From contig DASCPW010000054.1 of assembly GCA_036012725.1 (NCBI GenBank), forward strand, positions 1 through 61,841: a DNA stretch of 61,841 nt, given 5' to 3'. The position numbers and the translations under genes are program-made. The stretch comes from Rhodospirillales bacterium. Its GTDB lineage: Bacteria; Pseudomonadota; Alphaproteobacteria; Rhodospirillales; 2-02-FULL-58-16. The notes beneath the pieces are model-generated. The model was not told the origin of the DNA and searched no databases. It worked only from the letters and a program-made list of their open reading frames with translations. Shown one piece after another: positions 46,229-54,864 of the stretch. Positions within the stretch are counted from its first letter, which is position 1. Every line of letters begins with the position of its first letter.

Positions 46229-46890
46229 GCCGGTTCTGGATCATCGTCCGCCGCGACCTGCGCCTGGCCTTGCGGCAGGGCATGGACAGCCTGATGGCGG
46301 TGATGTTTTTCGTCATCGCCGTGGTTTTGTTCCCGCTCGGCGTCGGGCCCGAACCCAACATCTTGGCCCGCATCGCCGCCGGCGTCATTTGGGTGGCCGC
46401 GTTGCTGGCTTCCATGCTGTCGCTGGAACGCCTGTTCGAGACCGATTTCGATGACGGAAGCCTGGAATTGCTGTCGTTGATGCCGCTGCCGTTGGAGGCG
46501 GTGGTCATGGCCAAGGTGACCGCCCATTGGCTGACCACGGGGCTACCCCTGATCGTCGCCGCGCCCTTGTTGGCGGTGCTGATGAACATGGACGATAGTG
46601 GTTTTTCCGTTCTTATCCTGGCACTCGTTCTGGGTACCCCGTCGCTGAGCCTGATCGGCGCCGTCGGGGCGGCGCTTATACTGGGCTCCAGACGTGGCGG
46701 CATGCTGTTGTCGCTCATCGTCCTGCCTCTTTTCATCCCCATCCTCATCTTCGGCGTTTCCGCCGTCGATGCCGCCATCAGTGATTTTCCCGTTCGCGCC
46801 CAACTGCTGATCCTGGGCGCTTTCCTGCTTGCCGCCCTGCCCCTCTGCTCATGGGCTTCGGCGGCGGCGTTGCGCCAAGCCCTAGAATGA
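46225..46890 (+). CDS. ccmB: heme exporter membrane protein CcmB
   Basis: A GTG start overlaps the ccmA stop. It is 221 aa and hydrophobic, and contains FPLGVGPEP...ERLFE.D..DGSLE.L. Confidence 0.9.
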   Translation: MSRFWIIVRRDLRLALRQGMDSLMAVMFFVIAVVLFPLGVGPEPNILARIAAGVIWVAALLASMLSLERLFETDFDDGSLELLSLMPLPLEAVVMAKVTAHWLTTGLPLIVAAPLLAVLMNMDDSGFSVLILALVLGTPSLSLIGAVGAALILGSRRGGMLLSLIVLPLFIPILIFGVSAVDAAISDFPVRAQLLILGAFLLAALPLCSWASAAALRQALE

Positions 46891-46995
46891 AGCGGCGGCC
46901 ATGGGATAACGTTTATGGGAGTTTCGGAGAGTCCCCTGGAAAAGGCAGCGGGCGGGCGTTAAAAAACGGCTGAATGCACTTTGAGTTAGAAAACA

Positions 46996-47724
46996 ATGAT
47001 ACAAAAATTCGCCAATCCCGCGCGGTTCATGCGTTTTAGCCGGGCCTTGCTGCCCTGGACGGCCGGCCTGACCCTGGCCTTCGCGGCGGCGGGGCTTTTT
47101 CTCGGCCTTATCGTCGCTCCCGCCGATTACCAGCAAGGCGAAAGCGTACGTCTCATGTACATCCATGTGCCGTCGTCATGGATGGCGCTCTTTTGCTATA
47201 CGGGCATGGCCATCGCCGCCGCCGTCGGGCTGATCTGGAAGCACCCGCTGGCCGACCTGGCGGCCAAGTCGACGGCGCCGGTCGGCGCCGCCTTCACCTT
47301 CCTGGCGCTGTTCACCGGGGCGATGTGGGGCAAGCCCATGTGGGGAACCTGGTGGGCATGGGACGCAAGACTGACGTCGATGCTGGTGCTGTTTTTTCTT
47401 TATTTGGGCTATATCGCCCTGGTCAGTGCTTTCGACAATCCGGCACGCGGTATCAAGGCATCGTCGATCCTGGTTCTGGTCGGCTTCGTCAACGTGCCGA
47501 TCATCAAGTTTTCCGTCGACTGGTGGAATACCCTGCACCAGCCGGCCAGCGTGCTTAAAATGAGCGGGCCGGCCATCCATCCTTCCATGCTATGGCCGCT
47601 GCTAATGATGGCCTTGGCCTTCATCTCTTATTATTTTTGGGTGCTTTTGCTCCGCCTGCGCGGCGAAATCATCGCCAATAAAATCCGTATTCTCCGCCTT
47701 GGGCGGGTTCACGAGCAGGCCTAG
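46996..47724 (+). CDS. ccmC: heme exporter membrane protein CcmC
   Basis: It contains the WWD-type motif (GKPMWGTWWAWDARLTS) and the conserved His residues. Confidence 0.92.
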   Translation: MIQKFANPARFMRFSRALLPWTAGLTLAFAAAGLFLGLIVAPADYQQGESVRLMYIHVPSSWMALFCYTGMAIAAAVGLIWKHPLADLAAKSTAPVGAAFTFLALFTGAMWGKPMWGTWWAWDARLTSMLVLFFLYLGYIALVSAFDNPARGIKASSILVLVGFVNVPIIKFSVDWWNTLHQPASVLKMSGPAIHPSMLWPLLMMALAFISYYFWVLLLRLRGEIIANKIRILRLGRVHEQA

Positions 47725-47736
47725 GGCGAAGTGGCA

Positions 47737-47919
47737 ATGGAATTCCTGACGGCATTTTTCCACATGGGCGGTTATGGCGTTTACATCTGGCCCGGTTACG
47801 CGCTCACCATTGTGGTCTTGGTCGGGATTCTGGTCGCCAGCATCCGCTCCCTGCGCTCCAACGAAGCCCGCCTGCAAGCCCTTCAGGCGGAAATCAAGGC
47901 GCCCTCCAATGAAGCGTAA
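47737..47919 (+). CDS. ccmD: heme exporter protein CcmD
   Basis: This small single-TM protein reads MEFLTAFFHMGGYGVYIWPGYALTIVVLVGILV. It lies between ccmC and ccmE. GTG 47731 is an alternative start. Confidence 0.7.
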   Translation: MEFLTAFFHMGGYGVYIWPGYALTIVVLVGILVASIRSLRSNEARLQALQAEIKAPSNEA

Positions 47920-48343
47920 GCACAAACGCCTGACCTTCGTCGCCGTCGCCTTGGGGCTCGTCGCCTTGGCGGCGACCCTGGTCTTGTTCGCCTTCGAGGA
48001 AAGCATCGTCTTCTTCTATAGCCCGACCGAGTTGGCGGCGGAGAGGCCGCCAGCCGAGCGGCGGCTTCGCATCGGCGGGCTGGTCGAGGAAGGCAGCGTC
48101 GAGAAAAGCGGCGCCGCCGTCAGCTTCCGGGTGACCGACCTGGATAACAGCGTGCCGGTCACCTACAAGGGAATCCTCCCCGACCTTTTCCGCGAGGGCC
48201 AAGGAGTGGTCGCCGAGGGCCGCCTGATCGGCGGTGTCTTCGTCGCCGCCGAGGTGCTGGCCAAGCACGACGAGAACTATATGCCGCCGGAAGTGGCCGA
48301 GGCCCTGAAGAAATCGGGCCAGTGGCAGGGCGGAAAACCTTAG
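47909..48343 (+). CDS. ccmE: cytochrome c-type biogenesis heme chaperone CcmE
   Basis: The ORF reads MKRKHKRLTFVAV... and contains RIGGLV, FREGQGVVAEG and the heme-binding LAKHDENYMPPEV. It overlaps the ccmD end. Confidence 0.92.
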   Translation: MKRKHKRLTFVAVALGLVALAATLVLFAFEESIVFFYSPTELAAERPPAERRLRIGGLVEEGSVEKSGAAVSFRVTDLDNSVPVTYKGILPDLFREGQGVVAEGRLIGGVFVAAEVLAKHDENYMPPEVAEALKKSGQWQGGKP

Positions 48344-48442
48344 AGCATTTCCCGTTCACATGCGTTCACCTGAAATACTCTATCTATTTGTTTTAAATGC
48401 AAATGCATTGTCGCGGATGAGTCCATCCGCTCGGGATTTGCA
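48341..48442 (+). repeat. intergenic repeat element, copy B
   Basis: It matches copy A (5124-5245). TTCAC-N5-TTCAC lies at 48355-48369. The hairpin GCGGATG-AGTC-CATCCGC lies at 48413-48430 and carries a compensatory C:G to G:C swap relative to copy A. Confidence 0.75.
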
Positions 48443-48461
48443 CTGATAGCCTGGATCAACG

Positions 48462-50453
48462 ATGATTGCCGAAGCCGGACATTTCGCCTTAGTTCTCGCC
48501 CTTTTCGTGGCCCTGGCGCAGGCCGCCCTGCCGCTGGCCGGAGCGGCGCGCAACAACGCTTCCTGGATGGCCCTGGCGCGGCCGGCGGCTTGCGTCCAGT
48601 TCCTGCTGGTCGCTTTGTCCTTCGCCAGCCTGACCCACGCCTTCGTAACTTCCGACTTCTCGCTTGTTAACGTCGTCAAGAACTCCCATTCGGCCAAGCC
48701 CCTGCTTTACAAAATCAGCGGCGTCTGGGGCAACCACGAGGGTTCGATGTTGCTGTGGGTGCTGATCTTGGCGTTGTTCGGCTCGGCGGTGGCGGTTTTC
48801 GGACGCCAATTGCCGGCCGCCCTCGGGGCGCGGGTTCTCGGCGTGCAGGCGCTGATCGCCACCGGGTTTTACCTGTTCATCCTGTTCACCTCCAATCCGT
48901 TCGAGCGTTTGTTCCCCCCGGCCGCCGATGGGCAAGGGCTCAATCCGCTGTTGCAGGACCCCGGCCTGGCTTTCCACCCGCCTTTCCTTTACCTGGGCTA
49001 CGTTGGTTTCTCCATCGCCTTTTCCTTCGCCATCGCGGCGCTTATCGAGGGCCGCGTCGATGCCGCCTGGGCGCGCTGGGTGCGGCCGTGGACCCTGGCC
49101 GCCTGGGGCTTTCTCACCGCCGGCATCGGGCTTGGTTCCTGGTGGGCCTATTACGAGTTGGGATGGGGCGGCTGGTGGTTCTGGGACCCGGTGGAGAATG
49201 CTTCCTTCATGCCCTGGCTGGCTGGAACGGCGCTTTTGCATTCGGCCATCGTCGTCGAGAAGCGCGATGCCTTGAAGGCATGGACCATTTTCCTGGCCAT
49301 TGTTGCTTTCGCGCTCAGTCTCCTTGGCACCTTCCTGGTCCGCTCCGGCGTGCTGACGAGCGTGCACGCCTTCGCCACCGACCCCCAACGCGGCGTTTTC
49401 ATCCTCGCCCTGCTGATCATCGTGATTGGTGCGTCGCTGGCCCTTTTCGCCTGGCGCGGGCCAGCCCTGAAAAGCACCGGCCTGTTTAAGCCCATCTCGC
49501 GCGAGGGCGGCTTGTTGCTTAACAACCTGTTCATGAGCACGGCCGCCGCCGTCGTCCTGCTGGGCACCCTCTATCCGCTTTTCCTCGAAGCCATCGGCGG
49601 CGCCAAGGTTTCGGTGGGGGCGCCGTTCTTTAACGCCGTATTCATTCCGTTGATGGCGCCGATGGCGGTAACCATGGCCGTCGGGCCCCTGTTGTCATGG
49701 AAGCGAAGCGATTTGGCGGCCGCCCTGATGCGAATGAAAGCCGCTTTCGCGGCGGTCTTGGTGGTGGTGGCGGCGGCCTGGGTCGCCTATGGCGATGGGC
49801 CGCTCATGGGCCTTGTTGGTTGCGGCCTGGCGGCCTGGCTCTTTGTCGGTACGCTTGTCAATCTGGGCGAGAGGATCAGGCTGTTCGACGGCCCCATTGG
49901 TGACAGCCTGCGCCGCATGGGCCGCCTGCCGCGCGCCGCCTGGGGCATGACATGGTCGCACCTGGGGTTGGCGATAGCCATTGCCGGGATGACCGGCGCC
50001 GGCGCCTGGAAGATGGAAAGCATCCAAGTGATGAAACCGGGCGAGACGGTCACGGTGGCGGATTATAACTATACCTTCGAAGGCGCCCGCCAAGTCCGGG
50101 GCGTCAATTACATCGCCATTCGCGGCACTTTTAGCGTCCGCCGGGACGAAGAAGTGATCGCCACCCTTTATCCGGAAAAACGCAATTACCCGGTCAAGGG
50201 CATGCCAACCACCGAAGCCGCCATTCACACGACTTTTCTGGGCGACCTTTACGCGGTGATCGGCGACGCCGAAGGGGAAGACGGCGGTTTCGTCACCAGG
50301 CTCTATTTCAACCCGCTGGTCGGCTGGATGTGGGCTGGCGGCCTGATCATGGTGTTGGGCGGCGCCTTGAGCTTGAGCGACCGCCGCCACCGGATCGGCG
50401 CGCCGGCGCGAAAAGCCAGGGTTGCCGCCACCGCCAAGGCGGCGCGGTCGTGA
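48462..50453 (+). CDS. ccmF: heme lyase CcmF/NrfE family subunit
   Basis: It is 663 aa and polytopic. It contains the WWD motif (SWWAYYELGWGGWWFWDPVENAS). Confidence 0.95.
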   Translation: MIAEAGHFALVLALFVALAQAALPLAGAARNNASWMALARPAACVQFLLVALSFASLTHAFVTSDFSLVNVVKNSHSAKPLLYKISGVWGNHEGSMLLWVLILALFGSAVAVFGRQLPAALGARVLGVQALIATGFYLFILFTSNPFERLFPPAADGQGLNPLLQDPGLAFHPPFLYLGYVGFSIAFSFAIAALIEGRVDAAWARWVRPWTLAAWGFLTAGIGLGSWWAYYELGWGGWWFWDPVENASFMPWLAGTALLHSAIVVEKRDALKAWTIFLAIVAFALSLLGTFLVRSGVLTSVHAFATDPQRGVFILALLIIVIGASLALFAWRGPALKSTGLFKPISREGGLLLNNLFMSTAAAVVLLGTLYPLFLEAIGGAKVSVGAPFFNAVFIPLMAPMAVTMAVGPLLSWKRSDLAAALMRMKAAFAAVLVVVAAAWVAYGDGPLMGLVGCGLAAWLFVGTLVNLGERIRLFDGPIGDSLRRMGRLPRAAWGMTWSHLGLAIAIAGMTGAGAWKMESIQVMKPGETVTVADYNYTFEGARQVRGVNYIAIRGTFSVRRDEEVIATLYPEKRNYPVKGMPTTEAAIHTTFLGDLYAVIGDAEGEDGGFVTRLYFNPLVGWMWAGGLIMVLGGALSLSDRRHRIGAPARKARVAATAKAARS

Positions 50454-50989
50454 ACAAGCGCCTGCTCTTTTTGTTGCCGTTGGCGGTGTTCATGGTTCTG
50501 GCCGTCTATTTCTACATCGGCCTGAGCAAGGACCCGAGCAAACTGCCGTCGGTGCTGATCAACCAGGCGGTGCCTGAATTCGCCCTCGCTCCGATCAAAG
50601 GCCGCGACAAGGGCCTGACCAGCGCCGACCTCAAGGGCCAGGTGTCGCTGGTCAATATCTTCGGCTCATGGTGCATTGCCTGCAAGATCGAGCACCCGTT
50701 CCTGATGAAGATCAAAAAGAACAACTGGGTTCCCCTGCATGGCATCGACTGGCGCGAGAAGAGACCCGACGACGGGCCGGAATGGCTCAACAAGACAGAC
50801 GATCCCTATACCCTGATCGGCGACGATCCTAAAAGCAAGGGGGCGATCGCCTTTGGGGTCACCGGCGCGCCCGAGACCTTCATTGTCGATCGGCGGGGAA
50901 TTATCCGTTACAAGCACATCGGCCCCATGAACGAGAAAATATGGAGAGAAACCATTCGGCCGCTGATCGAGGAGCTTAGAAACCAGTGA
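50450..50989 (+). CDS. ccmG: thiol:disulfide interchange protein DsbE/CcmG
   Basis: A GTG start overlaps the ccmF stop. It has a TM anchor, a WCIAC redox motif and GVTGAPETFIVD. Confidence 0.9.
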   Translation: MNKRLLFLLPLAVFMVLAVYFYIGLSKDPSKLPSVLINQAVPEFALAPIKGRDKGLTSADLKGQVSLVNIFGSWCIACKIEHPFLMKIKKNNWVPLHGIDWREKRPDDGPEWLNKTDDPYTLIGDDPKSKGAIAFGVTGAPETFIVDRRGIIRYKHIGPMNEKIWRETIRPLIEELRNQ

Positions 50990-51462
50990 GGGTGGTTTTT
51001 CTCGGCATGGTTTTGTGTCTAGCGGCGACGGCGGTAATGGCCGTCGATCCCCGCGAAATGCTCGACGACCCGGTTTTGGAAGCGAGGGCGCGGGAGGTCA
51101 GCAAGGGCTTGCGCTGCCTGGTCTGCCAGAACCAGTCGATCGACGATTCCGACGCCGGTCTCGCCCGCGACCTGCGCCTTTTGGTCCGCCAGCGGCTTAC
51201 GGCGGGCGACAGCAACCAACAGGTCATTGATTATGTGGTCTCCCGATACGGCGATTTTGTCCTTCTCAAGCCGCCGTTCAAAGGCGCCACTTACATTCTC
51301 TGGTTCGGACCACCGGTCATTGTCGGGCTCGGCATTTTGGCGGTATTCCTTTTTTTCCGCCGCCGACAGCGGACGCCGTCCTCTCAGCCGCCGCCGCTGA
51401 GCGCAGAGGAAAAGCGCCGCCTGCGGGCGCTTCTCGACGGAGACGCCGGGGACACCGAGTGA
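50986..51462 (+). CDS. ccmH: cytochrome c-type biogenesis protein CcmH (CycL)
   Basis: It contains LRCLVCQNQSIDDSDA (the LRCxxC motif) and a C-terminal TM segment. Confidence 0.9.
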   Translation: MRVVFLGMVLCLAATAVMAVDPREMLDDPVLEARAREVSKGLRCLVCQNQSIDDSDAGLARDLRLLVRQRLTAGDSNQQVIDYVVSRYGDFVLLKPPFKGATYILWFGPPVIVGLGILAVFLFFRRRQRTPSSQPPPLSAEEKRRLRALLDGDAGDTE

Positions 51463-52565
51463 TCGCCCTTTGGATCCTCATCGCCTTGATCACGGTAGTG
51501 GCCTTGGCCTTGCTTCTTTTCCCCCTTTTCCGCCGCCCCGCCGCCGAATCCGGCGGCACCGATTTCGACGTCTCCTTATACCGCGAACAGTTGAAAGAAG
51601 TGGAGTTGGACCTGGGGCGCGGTCTGCTGAGCGACGCCGAGGCCGCCGCCGCGAAGATGGAAATTCAGCGGCGCACACTTGCCGCCAGTGAGACAGCCGG
51701 CGCTAAGCCATCCAAAGCCACGCCACCGCCGGCCGCCGCCGGTCGCGGGGTGAGCGTCTTTATCGCCATCACCTTGCCGGTGGGCGCGGTTGCCTTGTAT
51801 CTCCAGCTCGGCCAGCCACGGATTCCCGACTTTCCATTCGCCGCCCGGAAAGCGCCGGCGGCGGCGGGCCAAGAACGCGGCGATATGGAAGAATTGGCGG
51901 GCCGGCTCGCCGAACGCCTGGCCCGCGACCCCGATGACGTCAAAGGGTGGCTGTTGCTGGCGCGGACCTACAAGACCGTGGAAAACTACCAAGGCGCCGC
52001 CGAAGCCTACCGGCGGGCCTTGCAAATCGATAACCGCCCCGGCATTTCCGTCGATCACGCGGAAGTTCTGATGCTGTTGGCGGGCGGCGCCATCACCACC
52101 GAGGGGCGGGAAATTTTCCAGCGCGTTCGCGCCACCGATCCGTTCAATCCAAAAGCCCGATACTACCTGGGCATAGATAAGGCGCGGCAAGGGGATGCCC
52201 GGGGCGCCTTGCAGGACTGGGTGGATTTAGTGGCGGTTTCTGACGACCAGGCGCCATGGCTAGATTTAGTGCGCGCGCAGATCATGCGTACGGCCGAGGA
52301 AGCCGGGCTCGATCCCGCCGCCATCAAACCGACCGCCCAAGCCCTCGAACTGGCGGAAAGCCAGGCCAAGTCTCTAACGCCGCCGCCGACGGCCGACCGG
52401 CAACAAATCGAGGCCATCCGCGCCATGGTCGAAAAGCTGGCCGCCAAGCTCGCCAAGCGTCCCGACGATATGGAGGGCTGGTCGCGTCTGGCCAGGGCCT
52501 ACGAGGTTCTGGGCGAGACGGAAAAAGCGGCGGTGGCGCGAAACCAGGCAAGGGCGAAAAAGTGA
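51459..52565 (+). CDS. ccmI: c-type cytochrome biogenesis protein CcmI (CycH), TPR-containing
   Basis: It has an N-terminal TM pair and YREQLKEVELDLGRGLLSDAEAAAAKMEIQRRTL, followed by TPR-like repeats. Confidence 0.85.
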   Translation: MIALWILIALITVVALALLLFPLFRRPAAESGGTDFDVSLYREQLKEVELDLGRGLLSDAEAAAAKMEIQRRTLAASETAGAKPSKATPPPAAAGRGVSVFIAITLPVGAVALYLQLGQPRIPDFPFAARKAPAAAGQERGDMEELAGRLAERLARDPDDVKGWLLLARTYKTVENYQGAAEAYRRALQIDNRPGISVDHAEVLMLLAGGAITTEGREIFQRVRATDPFNPKARYYLGIDKARQGDARGALQDWVDLVAVSDDQAPWLDLVRAQIMRTAEEAGLDPAAIKPTAQALELAESQAKSLTPPPTADRQQIEAIRAMVEKLAAKLAKRPDDMEGWSRLARAYEVLGETEKAAVARNQARAKK

Positions 52566-52572
52566 GTTCGCT

Positions 52573-53502
52573 TCACGCTCCCCGCTGGCCCTGGCCAACA
52601 TCGCCTTGCCAGACGCGGACCCGATTGCGGCCCGCCTTTTTGGCGGCGTACATGGCCTTGTCGGCGTAATCGAGGGCGGTTTTCACCGACCGGCCCGGAG
52701 TCAAGGCGGCAATGCCGAAAGAGGCGCTGATGGTGAGTTTCGTGCCATCCTCGAGGCGGGTGACTTGGCGCTTGAGGCGCCGGCGCAACCGGTCGAGGAC
52801 CCGCTTGACTTTGTTGGGCGTGGTATGGGGAAGAATCAGCACGAACTCCTCGCCGCCGTAGCGGTAGAAATGATCATAGCGGCGCAAGTGGCCGAGCAGG
52901 TAACGGGCCAAGGTCTGCAGCACCATGTCGCCGGCGTGATGGCCGTGGGCATCATTGACTTTCTTGAAATGGTCCAGATCCATTATGGCAATGCTACAGG
53001 CAAGGCCGGTCCGCTTGGCTCGTTCCCGCTCTTCTTCCAGCCGCGGCAACATGACCATGCGATTGGTAATCCCCGTCAAGGGGTCCACGTGACGAAGAAA
53101 GTCCTCCGCCTCGGCGAGCAGGCTCCCCATGCACTCGTTGAAGCGCTCGACACTGTTGGCAAAAGCCAGGTAGCGGGCCGCCGAGATGGCGGCGCCGTTG
53201 ACGGCGTTTTGGGCCAGAATCCGCGCCATCGCGCGCATTTCGCGATGGCGTTCTCGGAGGCGCGCAAACTCGGGATGGCTTTTCAGATAGCTGTCGGATT
53301 CCTGAGCATACCAACGCTCAAAAGGGCTCGCTAGGTGTCCGTTCTCCCGCAAGTCGGCCGCTTCGGGCCGGCCCCGGCAAACCAGCATGGCCTGGAACTT
53401 CCCGAGCCAGCAACGGTGGCCGTCCCGCGCCCGCTTCAGGGCTCCGGCGATCTTTTCCGCCTCGTCCGCGGTCAACGGCAGGGCGGGATGATCTTCGCTC
53501 AT
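52573..53502 (-). CDS. diguanylate cyclase (GGEEF) with N-terminal sensory domain
   Basis: It contains DPLTGITNR, DLDHFKKVNDAHGHHAGD, YRYGGEEFVLIL and MYAAKKAGRNRV. The N-terminal ~140 aa carry His/Cys residues (DGHRCWLGKF) reminiscent of CZB-type domains. Confidence 0.85.
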   Translation of the reverse strand: MSEDHPALPLTADEAEKIAGALKRARDGHRCWLGKFQAMLVCRGRPEAADLRENGHLASPFERWYAQESDSYLKSHPEFARLRERHREMRAMARILAQNAVNGAAISAARYLAFANSVERFNECMGSLLAEAEDFLRHVDPLTGITNRMVMLPRLEEERERAKRTGLACSIAIMDLDHFKKVNDAHGHHAGDMVLQTLARYLLGHLRRYDHFYRYGGEEFVLILPHTTPNKVKRVLDRLRRRLKRQVTRLEDGTKLTISASFGIAALTPGRSVKTALDYADKAMYAAKKAGRNRVRVWQGDVGQGQRGA

Positions 53503-53655
53503 GATCCTGCCCCTTTCAAAAATGGTCGATCAAAAGTTTAAATAACAATTTTGTTGTTTTTGCGTTAGTCGGTGCAGGCAAGTCTCTATATTAGAATATG
53601 ACGATAAATAAAGTATTAAGTCCCGGGATCCTTGCTATCTTCCCATTGAGCGGTC

Positions 53656-54864
53656 ATGAACAAGTTGATGAACAAGATTAGGACCATTGACGACCTGGAG
53701 ATCGCCGGCAAGCGGGTTCTGGTCCGCACCGATCTCAACACGCCGATGGAGAAGGGCCGGGTGACCGACGGCACCCGCCTGGAGCGCAGCCGGCCAACCT
53801 TGCTGGAACTCGCCGACAAGGGCGCCAGGGTCATTGTCATATCTCATTTCGGCCGGCCCCAGGGGCGGGTTGTCGGCGAACTTTCCTTGCGCCCCGTCGC
53901 CAGCGCCTTGAGCGCCACCCTCGGGCGGCCAGTGGTCTTCGCCACGGACAGCATCGGCGCGGCGGCGAAAAAAACCGTCGCCGCCATGAAAGACGGCGAC
54001 ATCGCCTTGCTCGAGAACCTGCGCTTCCACGCCGAAGAAACCGAAAACAGCTTGGCTTTCGCTGAAAACCTGGCCGCTCACGGCGAGGCCTATGTCAACG
54101 ACGCTTTTTCCTGCGCCCACCGGGCGCATGCTTCGACCGAGGCTATTGCCCGGTTGCTGCCAGCGGCGGCCGGACGGCTGATGCAAGGGGAACTGGTGGC
54201 GCTCGGCAATGCCCTCGAGGCGCCGCGCCGCCCGCTGGCGGCGGTGGTCGGCGGCGCCAAGGTATCGACCAAGATGGAAGTGCTGGGCAACCTTACGGGC
54301 AAGGTGGACCTGTTGATCATCGGCGGCGGCATGGCCAACACTTTTTTGCATGCCCAGGGCATCAATGTGGGCAAATCCCTCTGCGAGACAGAAATGGCGG
54401 CGGCGGCGCAGAAAATCATGGCGGCGGCGGCCCAGGGAGGGTGCGAAATCATCCTCCCCAGGGACGCCGTGGTAGCGCGTCAGTTCAAGAAAGGAGCCTC
54501 TTGCGAGACCGTGCCGGTGGAAGCCATTCCGGCTGACGCCATGATGCTGGACCTGGGGCCGGCCTCGGTGGCCGAAGTATCGGCGCGGCTTGAAGATTGC
54601 AGGACCCTGGTCTGGAATGGCCCTTTCGGGGCGTTTGAAATTCCGCCTTTCGACGCCGCCACCAACGCAGTGGCGCAAGCGGCGGCGAGACTGACCAAAA
54701 AAGGGAGGTTGCTAACCGTTGCCGGCGGCGGCGACACCGCCGCTGCCCTTGTCCATGCCGGCGTCGACGGTAATTTCTCTTATCTTTCGACGGCCGGCGG
54801 TGCCTTCCTCGAATGGCTGGAAGGCAAGAACCTGCCCGGCGTCGCGGTTCTGAAGACCCTTTAA
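53656..54864 (+). CDS. pgk: phosphoglycerate kinase
   Basis: It contains [18 protein letters not shown] and GGGDTAAA. A 12-nt tandem duplication lies at the 5' end (ATGAACAAGTTG/ATGAACAAGATT), so the ATG at 53668 is an alternative start. Confidence 0.95.
   Translation: MNKLMNKIRTIDDLEIAGKRVLVRTDLNTPMEKGRVTDGTRLERSRPTLLELADKGARVIVISHFGRPQGRVVGELSLRPVASALSATLGRPVVFATDSIGAAAKKTVAAMKDGDIALLENLRFHAEETENSLAFAENLAAHGEAYVNDAFSCAHRAHASTEAIARLLPAAAGRLMQGELVALGNALEAPRRPLAAVVGGAKVSTKMEVLGNLTGKVDLLIIGGGMANTFLHAQGINVGKSLCETEMAAAAQKIMAAAAQGGCEIILPRDAVVARQFKKGASCETVPVEAIPADAMMLDLGPASVAEVSARLEDCRTLVWNGPFGAFEIPPFDAATNAVAQAAARLTKKGRLLTVAGGGDTAAALVHAGVDGNFSYLSTAGGAFLEWLEGKNLPGVAVLKTL

Noticed and set aside
53656-53679. 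The 12-nt tandem duplication at the pgk start (ATGAACAAGTTG ATGAACAAGATT) as a regulatory feature.
   Set aside because: It most simply reflects a small in-frame duplication that gives MNKLMNKI. It only creates start-codon ambiguity.
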